From Octopus sinensis (Eukaryota): a stretch of DNA of 46,540 nt. The stretch covers positions 1 through 46,540 of the forward strand of contig NW_021835035.1 in assembly GCF_006345805.1 (NCBI RefSeq). The letters run 5' to 3'. The notes below the pieces were generated by a model, which had not been told where the DNA came from, searched no databases, and was given only the letters and a program-made list of their open reading frames with translations. Of this stretch, positions 36,396 to 46,540 are shown in pieces (positions within the stretch are counted from its first letter, which is position 1; the number at the start of each line of letters is the position of its first letter). Both the position numbers and the translations under genes were made by a program.

Positions 36396-37022
36396 AAAAA
36401 AAAAAAATTGGATTTGTAGCAATCTTGGGATTGGCAGCAGCTTGGTTTGGCACAACGAAAGGTGAACCGGTAGATTTCTTTTTGGGATAATTGGTATTTT
36501 TGCATGATTCCATATTTCATATAATGGGAAGAAATTCGTTAGACCAGAGGGAAAAGAACGATATCTTTTCTACTTAATGCCCCCTCATGCACACACACGC
36601 ACACACGCACACACACACACACACACACATACTCTCTCACACACGCACGCACACACAAAAGACACATTTGCAGGTATTATATATGTATCTATACACACTT
36701 AAATATAGTGAGAGAGAAAAAAGAAATGCTTGTAAGAGCAAACATTTGTCTGTGTGTGTGTGTGTGTGTGTATTTATGTTTAAGAATACCCACATACACA
36801 TAGAATATATATGCGACATATATATATAATGTGACCGCGTTGGCGATTTTTTTTCCTCTGTCTTCCCTTCTCTGGATCTTTCCTTCTCCTATGTTTCCCA
36901 CGAAGAGCTCCGCTCGAAATGTTAAACCCTCCTTCTGTCCTTCTTTCCTGAGCGTCGAATGATACTATATTTGTTCCACGTCCTCGCGTTGTGTTTTTTT
37001 GTGCTTTCATGTTTGAATTAAC

Positions 37023-37065
<43 letters not shown>

Positions 37066-37074
37066 TTGTATTAT

Positions 37075-37321
37075 TTTATTCTTCTATATGTTTCAGTCAT
37101 TTGACTGCAGCTACATTGACACACCGCCTTTAGTCGAAGGAATCGCCCCCTAGGACTTTTTCTTTGTAAGCGTAGTACTTATTCTATCGGTCTCTTTTGC
37201 CGAAACGCTAAGTTACGGAGACATAAACACACAAACATCGGGTGTCAAGAGATTTTGGGTGGACAAACACAGGCACACAAATACATACATACATACATAC
37301 ATACATACATACATACATACA

Positions 37322-37353
<32 letters not shown>

Positions 37354-37545
37354 CATACATACATAGGTACATATATACATATGTATGTATATATATATAT
37401 ATATATATAATTTGCCTTTATATAACGGTATTTTTTCATATCGTTTTTCAGATGGCCAGATAACCGAAGAGATGGTGTTGTGGATTTCCACTTCGGCATC
37501 TGAAACTCAGAGTTTTATCTTGACTATTGAGTAAATGCAAGATAT

Positions 37546-37595
<50 letters not shown>

Positions 37596-37745
37596 GACGT
37601 GCTTCCTTCCGTCTATCAAATCCACTCACAAGGTTTGGTCAGGCCGAGGCTATAGCAGAAGACACTTGCGCAAGGTGCCACGCAGTGGGACTGAACCCGG
37701 AACCATGTGGTTGGTAAACAAGCTACTTACCACACAGCCACTCCT
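37075..37745 (-). mobile_element. SINE family B with expanded internal (TACA)n
   Basis: Reverse complement of family B head and tail. Confidence 0.8.
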
Positions 37746-38693
37746 TCGCCTATACCACGGTATAGTGTAGTTTGAGGAAGATTTAGCAGCTATTTCTAAT
37801 ATTTGGATGGAAACAACGGCAAAGCTGATCCTAATCGTTGGCCAATGTCACACTAATAAGATGGTGACATAATGATACTATTTAAAAGTGTTTAAAAGGT
37901 GAAATGCAGAAATGAACTTTACGTCTTCCTTACTATTTGAAAATTTGAATTATTAAGGATAGAGCTAAACAGCTCCGGGGTTAATGAGCTTGGGAACCTG
38001 GAGTGAAACGAGATATTTATACAAATATTCAAAAGGAGTTATCCTTTAAAAGATTTAATCTGAGATAAGATGAAAGCTCTGCAGGTGAAAGTTAAGCAGT
38101 TGATACGATTTTAGTTAAAACATTAACAGCGTCGATAAGAAAGGGTTTCATTGACAGTTCAAATGAAATTATCACCACGATGAGAGATATCTGAAGATGC
38201 AACTGAATACGGTTATCTTATCTGCTTTGATACAGATGTAGCACTGATAAGTCAGCGTGTATGAATGCAAGAAAGAAAGAAGGAAAGAAATAAATAAATA
38301 AAGAAAGAAAGAAAGAAGAAAGAAAGAAAGAAAGAAAGAATGAAAGAGAGGAAGAACGAAAGAAATAATATTCCAGATTCTATTACACTTGAATCAGGAT
38401 TATTCTTAACAATATTATCGGGAATGTAAGTTAAAGGTAATATTGTATTCTTTCGAAATTCACTCACACCAGCTGAGCAGGTCCTTGATAATCAACCACG
38501 TGAGAAACACTAATAATAATAACAGTGACAACAACAATAACAGCCGAAGGACATTCTCACAAAAGCTTTGTGGATTTAGTTTCCTTTTCGTTAAAATATT
38601 TGTTGTATTTGAATACAATAATACCAACATCCATGTATTGTTATTATTATTATTATTATATTATTATTATTATCATTATTATTATTATTATTA

Positions 38694-38739
<46 letters not shown>

Positions 38740-38869
38740 TCTTCTTCTTATTATTATTATCATTGCATTTGCACAGCTTCTAACACTGGAGATGTACTAC
38801 AGTGTCTACTAGTGAACTACTAGTGAACTAAGGTAACAGCTCTTATTTTTCTAGCGATTTTATTATTAC

Positions 38870-38872
38870 TAC

Positions 38873-38913
<41 letters not shown>

Positions 38914-39016
38914 TCAACAATAACAGTAAAAATAACAGTAATAATAATAGTAATAGTAATGGTAATAGTAATGGTAATGTTAATGGTAATATTAATAATA
39001 ATAATAGTGGTGGTGA

Positions 39017-39058
<42 letters not shown>

Positions 39059-39082
39059 AAGTAGTAGTAGCAGTATTAGTAT

Positions 39083-39118
<36 letters not shown>

Positions 39119-39122
39119 CAGT

Positions 39123-39219
<97 letters not shown>

Positions 39220-39225
39220 ATAATG
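38870..39225. repeat. Compound trinucleotide microsatellite (AAT)/(AGT)/(AGC)
   Basis: Direct inspection; gives poly-T/A/V ORFs. Confidence 0.95.
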
Positions 39226-39630
39226 AGAAAATGCGCTAACTGCTGCTGCAAAGAAAATAAAATTAATTGCAAAGACAAAAGCGCATGAAAAATTAGCTAG
39301 CAGATGGGAACAGAAACCTCTGCATGGCAAGTATGTGGCCCGTAGCAAACAAGCTGACGTCGATCAGAAACACACGCATCAATGGTTACGAAGCCCAGGG
39401 CTAAAAGCATATTATCTGCTCAAAACCAACGCTTATTAACCCGGAACTGCCAAGTCAATATGATAAAAAATGACCCTGACCCAAAATGCCGATTCTCTAA
39501 CGATGAGATTGAAACTATAGACCTTCTAATCTCAGGGTATAGAGTCTTAGCACCTGTAGAATATAAAGCAAGACATGACAGAATCGGCCAGTATTTACAC
39601 TGGACAATATGTCGGCATTATAAAATCAAA
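39220..39630 (+). mobile_element. R4/Dong-like fragment (same subfamily as 26285-27985)
   Basis: LLTRNCQVNMIKNDPDPKCRF..ETIDLLISG..EYKARHDRIGQYLHW. Confidence 0.85.
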
Positions 39631-39789
39631 AGGCTTCAGGGAAATCTCGGACAGTGGGTTTCCTCTATTATTCCTAGAGGCCTTCCTGTAGCCGGAGGGC
39701 CACATCTCTATCACCCTCTCTGCCATCCTTTTCTAACCTTTGTATGCTATGCACAGGTCCCTTCTCTTTCAGTGTATACGGTGTATTAC

Positions 39790-40180
39790 TCTTTTACTTG
39801 TTTCAGTCATTTGACTGTGGCCATGCTGGAGCACCGTCTTTAGTCGTGCGAATCGACCCCAGGACTTATTCTTTGTAAGCCTAGTACTTATTCTATCGGT
39901 CTCTTTGGCTGAACCGCTAAGTTACGGGGACGTAAACACACCAGCATCGGCTGTCAAGCGATACTGGAGGGACAAACACAGACACACAAACATATACACA
40001 CACATACATATATACATATATACGATGGCTTCTTTCAGTTTCCGTCAACCAAATCCACTCACAAGACTTTGGTCGACCCGAGGCTATAGTACAAGACACT
40101 TGCCCAAGGTGCCACGCAGTGGGACTGAATCCGGAGCCATGTGGTTGCTAAGTAAGCTACTTACCATACAGCCATTCCTA
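39790..40180 (-). mobile_element. SINE family B
   Basis: Reverse complement of family B. Confidence 0.85.
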
Positions 40181-40247
40181 CGCCTATATTTATTTTTTTT
40201 ATCATTTCATTATTATAAGTAAACCCCCACACTTTATGCCTGTTGCT

Positions 40248-40308
<61 letters not shown>

Positions 40309-40456
40309 CATCATCATTATTATTGAGTGAGAGAGCAGTGCATGCCATCAAGGTAACTATTGTCGTTGTTGTTGTTGTTGTTGTCGTTGTTGTTGTTGTT
40401 CTTCTTATCGTTGTTGTTATTATTGTTATTATTATCATCATCATCATCATTATTAC

Positions 40457-40488
<32 letters not shown>

Positions 40489-40503
40489 TATTATTATTAT
40501 TAT

Positions 40504-40538
<35 letters not shown>

Positions 40539-40565
40539 ATAATAGTAGTAGCAGTAGTAGTAGTA
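40248..40565. repeat. Compound (ATT)/(GTT)/(ATC)/(AGT) microsatellite
   Basis: Direct inspection. Confidence 0.95.
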
Positions 40566-42169
40566 ACGGCTAACGAATTTGACCTTTAGAAAAAGCCTCT
40601 GTAAGGAGAAGTCTATGCAGTCCTTTCGAGCGAGAGTGACATGCATCGCTCGCTTGCAAAAGCTGCCATGTCAAAAGAATTACTTAAGCGAATTCCCTTG
40701 TTAATATCAATGCCTAATCTCATTACATTAGCCACGACGGAACTTGAGTAATATCGAAAGAGCTATGCGTTTTGCAAAGAGATTCCTAAATACTTTAATA
40801 GTGTCGTTCATTCATTCATTCATTCGTCCAGTTATTCAGTTGGTTATTCTCTTATTCTCCTATTCTTTCATTAATGGATTTGGCAAGTGAAAAAGAAGAA
40901 TGAAAAAGAATAATTGAAAACTAATTCATTGGAAATATAATAAAACATCTCCAAAGAGTACATAACATAAAGAGGTAATCTCTATAATGAAAGTAATGTT
41001 ATACGGTTACCGTGGAATAACAATTAGTATAATGTACTCATGTTTGTACATGCTGTTGTTGTTGTCGTTGATGTTGTTGTTGTTACTGTTGTTGTACAGT
41101 AGGTCAGCGCTGATCAAGCAGACCATTGGTCAATTCAATACTCACAGTGGTTATCTGGTTATCTCATCCCGCCTTTTGTTGTTTTGCACGATTACTTTAT
41201 ATATGTGTATTTTGTGATATATATGACGCCCATGTAAGGTTTAACAGAATTTCTGGGCTATTTCTAGCAGGTCGAACGACCACATAAATGCTCCACAGTT
41301 GGCCTCTTGTTTCCCCCCAGTTTATAATCAATGCTGGCGTTAATTAAAACGAACGCATTCTTATATATTTGTATCTAATTTGTATAATTATTGCGACTGG
41401 GCTCAGTGGACAAATTGGCTGAATCATTAGAGCATCGGGGGTAAAAATATCTTGCAGCATTTTTCATGATAATTTATATTATGGGTTCAATCCCTCGAGG
41501 TTAACGTTGCCTTTCATGCCTCTGATGATGAGGACACTAAGCCTACCTATTCTCGTTTATTATACTCATTTATTCACAACAAATCCGGGATAAGACGGTA
41601 CGCTTATCAGGATAATAAGGGTCGCCAATACGTCGAAGATTATGCTTGAACTGCAAAAGTGCATTTCGGCGACCGTCCACAGTGCTCATGTGGAAGAAAA
41701 CTCATGTGGAGCAAATCTCATGTGGAACGAAACTGATTTTTCACAAACGTTCTACTATTCATTCATCACTGTTTCATTTAACGCGGTGGTGGTTTTGGAA
41801 TCGAACAATCGTGCAAAACGAGGATAGAGGTAACACTCAATGACTGGAGCCGATGATATCATGTAAACCACGTGCTACAAGCTGGGTGATCTCGCATGGA
41901 AGTGAAGGATAAGGGCCAAAGGTCCTTCACAAGAAATATAGACTGTCGTCGTATTTATATTCCCCAGCTGGATGGGACGCTTGTCCGTCCCACGATTAGT
42001 CATGTTTGCCACTTGTGCGAACTGAAGCAACGTGAAAGGAAGTGTATTGCTCCAGAACAAACCTCGTCGTTCCGTCCAGGAATCGAAACTGCAATCTTAC
42101 GATCATGAGTCCAACAACCTAACCTCTAAGCGTCACGTCTCCACTGCATCCAATTTAGTTAAAATGCAA

Positions 42170-42400
42170 TCGATATTAGTTTCAAAATTTGGCACCAGGC
42201 CAGCAAATTTCGGCGGCGGGGTGGGGGTAACAGTCGAGTATTTTTGACACCAGCGTTCAACTAGTACTTATTTTGCCGATCCTGAAAGTTTGAAAGGGAA
42301 AGTCGACCCGGGTCACATTTGAACTCAGAATGTGAAAGCGCACGAAATGCCGTTACGCATTTTATCCGGCGCGGTAATGGTGCTGCCAGCGTGCCGCCTT
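42170..42400 (-). mobile_element. Diverged SINE family C
   Basis: AAAGTCGAC..ATTTGAACTCAGAATGT..CTGCCAGC. Confidence 0.65.
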
Positions 42401-42479
42401 TATTATACAATTTACAGTGTTTTAAGGCCTTGTGTCTGGATTAGAAATACAGTTATAATAATCATAATCATAATTATAA

Positions 42480-42650
42480 TACTTGTTGTCATAGGTGCCC
42501 TAGGAATGCTAGCAAAAGGGGCTGATTCCTAGCTAATTCACATACCAGGGAACCCCAACATGGCAGAAATTCAAAAGATAGTACTCATGGGAACTGCCCA
42601 TATCCTACGTAGGATATCCTACTGTCTGGGTAATCTCAAATTTTAAAACA
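42480..42650 (+). mobile_element. R4/Dong-like 3' fragment
   Basis: VVIGALGMLAKGADS...QKIVLMGTAHILR; preceded by a (TAA)-like tract. Confidence 0.8.
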
Positions 42651-42659
42651 AACTTATAA

Positions 42660-42790
42660 TTACCTCCGGCTTTGCAGAGGTATTGTTTCCAGTAGTGTTT
42701 GTTCGATTGTTTATTTGTCCGTGGACGACATATCTCAAGAATCGCTGGATGGATTCGGATGACACTTTCAGGGATGTTTTGCCTTGTGTA
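42660..42790 (+). mobile_element. Helentron-associated (DINE-1/HINE-like) fragment
   Basis: TACCTCCG..GCAGAGGTATTGTTT..TGTCCGTGG..ATCTCAAGAATCGCTGGATGGATTCGGATGA, typical layout. Confidence 0.45.
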
Positions 42791-42939
42791 TAATCTGCAT
42801 CTTTCTTACAGTCACTTGCCGAGACACACCCAGAGTCCTGGAGCGAGTGAAGCATAAGAGATGTTACGATTTGACTGAATTCTTAGGGAGGGGAGGTAGT
42901 GAAATATCTTCATGTAATACAGCACAGACATTGAAATGC

Positions 42940-43530
42940 ATGGGGCTATTTTAAGGATATGGGCAGTACTTTTCAGCATAATCTTTTGGATTTCTCTGAA
43001 GCATGGTTCTCCTGGGATCTTATCTAGATGTTTCTCACACCCCAATTTTTTATCATATCTAGGGCACCCACAATAACAGGAACAGTTTTCGTTTTAAGAT
43101 GCCACGTCTTTTGTATTTCAATTTCCAGGTCCATATATTTATTTAGTTTGTCATATTCCTTGATAGATATATTATTACCACTTACATCTATTAGTCTACA
43201 AGTATTTTCTTACCTGTCTTCAATAATCATGTCCTGTCGATTAGCCTGGATCGTTGTGTTAATGTTGACTGGAAAATCTCAGAGGATAGTGACATTTTTA
43301 CCTTCAACGACAAGTTCAGGATGATGATTATACCAGTAAGCAGGAGTGTTGATCTTGTAGAGTTTACATATTTTCCTATGTAAATACTGCCCTACACTAT
43401 CGTGGCGGCATTTATATTCGTTTTGTGTCAGCACAGGATATTCCGAGACGAGATGGTTTACTATTTCGTCAAATGTGTCGTAGAATCTGTAATTAGGGCC
43501 AGTTACCCTGGTAGTTTTTTTTTTTTTGAG
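42940..43530 (-). mobile_element. R4/Dong-like RLE fragment, third subfamily
   Basis: EIVNHLVSE..RHDSVGQYLH..; QKIMLKSTAHILK. Confidence 0.85.
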
Positions 43531-43604
43531 CAAGTGCTGCTAATATGAAACCTTCAGTCTCTGCTTTCAGTTCGGAACTTCTCAGTCACTGATGGGTTAT
43601 TGTT

Positions 43605-44305
43605 TGTTATTATTATTATTATATGTTTGACTTTTGTTTTATATTTGATCAAGTTGGCTCCAAGTCTCACCCAGAGACCTCAAGAGACAACAGGTTGGAA
43701 GTTCACGTTGTTGTTTTGCCTAGTGTGCCATATATTTGGTTGTTTTTTGTGTGGTACTAGTGGATGTCTAAAAAAAATTTGTTTTAAACCTTGAGATTAC
43801 ATAGAAAGTATTTTGCGTAGGATATGAGCAGTTCCCATGAGCACTATCTTTTGAATTTCTGCCAATTTGGGGTTTCCTGGTATCTTAGTTAGGTAGCAAT
43901 CAACCCTTTTGCTATCATTCCCAGAGCACATATGACAACAGGTATTGTTTTAGTCTTCAGGTTCCACATTTTGCTGATTTCTATTTCAAGATCTTTATAT
44001 TTGCTCAGTTTTTGGTAGGTCTTGACAGATACGTTTATATCGATTGGGACAGTCATATCAATGAGGAGGCATGTTCTTTGTTTGAAGTCTTTCAATATGA
44101 TGTCTGGTCTATTTGCATCTATCTTTCTGTCAGTTTGAATGGGGAAGTTCCAGAGGAGTGAGATGTGGTCATTTTCAAGCACTGGGGGTGGTTTGTGTTC
44201 CCATCAGTTTTTTTCATGGGGCAAATCCAGGTTTTTGCAGATTACCCGGTGAATATATTGTGCAGCTCTGTCATGCCTGTTGAGATACTCTGTAGGTGCT
44301 AGAAG
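43605..44305 (-). mobile_element. R4/Dong-like 3' fragment, close copy of 24195-24960
   Basis: LLWNFPIQTDRKIDANRPDII..LIDMTVP..KLSKYKDLEIE; (ATT)n on both sides. Confidence 0.9.
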
Positions 44306-44312
44306 ACTGCAC

Positions 44313-44382
<70 letters not shown>

Positions 44383-44456
44383 CATCATTATTATTACAGT
44401 GGTTTTTGTTGTTGTTGTTGTTGCTATTATTATTATTATTATTATTATTATTATCA

Positions 44457-44488
<32 letters not shown>

Positions 44489-44529
44489 TATTATTATATT
44501 ATATTATTATTATTATTATTATTCAGTAG

Positions 44530-46020
44530 TTTTATTTTTTTAGCGTGCTTTCACTTCACTACCGAGCGCAGCTCTGCGTGCCTTAGGTATGTGCTGTGAT
44601 TTGTTGTGATGCTCTGATGGTTATTGTATGGAAAGTGTTCTGCGTAGGATGTGTGCAGTGCCTAGTAGTGCAATTTTCTGTATGTTATATGTGTTTGTAA
44701 GTCCTGGTGTTTTTGTTTTGTATTTGTCTGAAGATTTTTTTATCATGCCTAATGCACCTACTATGATAGGAATTGTTTCTGTTTTTAGATTCCACATTCT
44801 GGTTACCTCTATTTCCAGGTCTTTGTATTTTGAAAGTTTCTCCATTTCTTTTAGAGATACATCTGCCGGTATTGATACATCAATTAGAAAGCATTTTTTT
44901 CTTCATGATCTCTGACAACTATATCTGGTCTGTTAGCCTTAATTTCTCTATCTATGTGTATCGGCATATCCCAGAGTATGGTTGCTTTCTCGTTTTCTGT
45001 GACCTTTTCTGGTGTGTGCCTATACCATCTTTTTTCTGTTGTTATTCCATAATGTTGGCATAGCTTCCAGTATATGTAGGTTCCAGCTCTGTCATGTCTG
45101 TGAATATATTCCTACTTAGCCAGGACTGGACAGCAGTTACTTGTTATATTTCTTTTCCTTACATGTTTTTGGTAATTTCTGGTGGGGAGGCTTTGGTCTT
45201 GTGCTGCAATTAAAAAAAATCCCTCTGTCTCTGCTTTGAGTCCTGAGCTTCTCAACCATTGCTGGGATTTTTCTTTGTCTATTTCTTTTGCGTTTAGTTT
45301 AGTCCAGTATTTACCATGATGGGGCTTTTCTTGCCATCGTTTTATCATGGTTCGTTGCTGTTCTATTTTTAGTTGGATTTCATTTGTTATAGCTTTTGTT
45401 GTTCTTCTTCTTCTTCTTCTTCTTCTTCTTCTTCTTCTTCTTCTTCTTCTTCTTCTTCTTCTTCTTCTTCTTCTTCTCTTCTTCTTCTTTTCTCTTCTCT
45501 TCTTCTTCTTCTTCTTCTTTTTCTTTTCTTCTTCTTCTTTTTCTTTTCTTCTTCTTCTTCTTCTTCTTCTTCTTCTCTTCTTTCTTCTTCTTCTTCTTCT
45601 TCTTCTTCTTCTTCTCTTCATATTTGTTAGGTGGTATGATTTCTTGTTTGTATTTGTCAGCTTCCTTAAATGCTGAGAACAGTTTTTGTTTTGCTCGTGT
45701 TTTGCCGCTATTTGTATCAGTTTTCCTTCCTTCTGAAGTAGATATTTTGCAGTCCTATGGTGGTTATTTTATAGTAGTTTTCCAGCTGTATAAGGCACCT
45801 TCTATACGTTGCATATATAGTATTTCTATGTCAGATTTTTGTGTGATGCATCCTAGATCTGTCATTATTTTCTTGTTTTCCTATCTATTTTGGTCAGTTC
45901 ATTTAGGTCCAGTTAAGGATATTGTAGCTGTAACTTATAACTGGGACAGCTAAAATGTAATACCTATTATCTTGTTTTTAGCATTGGGCTCTGTTTTTAG
46001 TATTGATCTAACTCGTCTAT
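44530..46020 (-). mobile_element. R4/Dong-like fragment, fourth subfamily, interrupted by (TTC)n at about 45403-45620
   Basis: RWQEKPHHGKY..WLRSSGLKAETEG..AAQDQSLPTRNY; EKLSKYKDLEIE..ALLGTAHILRR. Confidence 0.88.
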
Positions 46021-46027
46021 AATATTC

Positions 46028-46064
<37 letters not shown>

Positions 46065-46086
46065 TTCATTATTATCATCATCATCA

Positions 46087-46138
<52 letters not shown>

Positions 46139-46139
46139 T

Positions 46140-46540
46140 CTTTTGCACAGCTTCTACAGCTGGAGATGTACTACGGTTTCAGCTGTTCACTACCAGTGAA
46201 CTAAGGTAACTTCCCTTATTTTTCGAGCACCATCTGGAGTATTCTAGTGGTTGCAAGCAGTGCTGTTTTCTGTAAGTGCTCCACCCTTATTGCAGCCCCT
46301 ATCTATCCCATGTACTTCTCAGGATTTTTACTCACTGCTCACAGAGCTCCGACAATTATTGGTACTACTACCACCTTTTTCATCGAACACAACTGCTTAA
46401 CCTCCTAAGCTAACATGTCATATCTTTCACCTTTTCTTCCTTATCGCATACCTTATTGTCAACTGGGCATGCTATATCTATGATCTAGCGTTGTTTGCTT
46501 TCATTCTCAACTGACACTATGTTTGGCGTCTTGTTTTCTT
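46140..46540 (-). mobile_element. R4/Dong-like 3' end, fifth subfamily (3' UTR also at about 38770-38860)
   Basis: Manual translation IIDIACPVDNKV..VVVPIIVGAL..QKTALLATTRIL; (ATT)n tract at the 3' end. Confidence 0.75.

Noticed and set aside
38820-39348. Poly-Thr/Ala mucin-like ORF (152 aa)
   Set aside because: Purely a compound trinucleotide microsatellite
41521-41545. CTGATGATGAGGAC as an HHR core
   Set aside because: No stem II partner or GAAA downstream; lies in a decayed SINE
45112-45953. Poly-Arg/Phe/Ser ORFs
   Set aside because: (TTC)n tract; only the Dong-derived part is meaningful

Overview
AT-rich, repeat-saturated eukaryotic DNA with no confidently identifiable host-gene exon. 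The SINE families and microsatellite density look like an octopus/coleoid cephalopod genome, which is an inference. Contents: (i) many di/tri/tetranucleotide microsatellites, which generate most ORFs in the track; (ii) at least three tRNA-derived SINE families; (iii) about 9 decayed R4/Dong-like non-LTR retrotransposon fragments (RT + restriction-like endonuclease), nearly all next to (TAA)n tracts; (iv) Penelope-like element (PLE) remnants: a decayed RT at 2795-3175 and an uninterrupted thumb-linker-GIY-YIG ORF at 4865-5953; (v) a Helitron PIF1-helicase remnant, Helentron-like elements and a MITE with an 8-bp TSD. The standout is a dense set of type I hammerhead ribozyme (HHR) motifs. A 5-kb head-to-tail array of ~600-bp units (14787-19845) carries 7 complete canonical HHRs, like a retrozyme/circRNA. 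Several other HHR families occur, mostly inside divergent fold-back duplications, and one has a compensatory U3-A8 core. All ribozyme calls come from manual motif and base-pair inspection; activity is untested.
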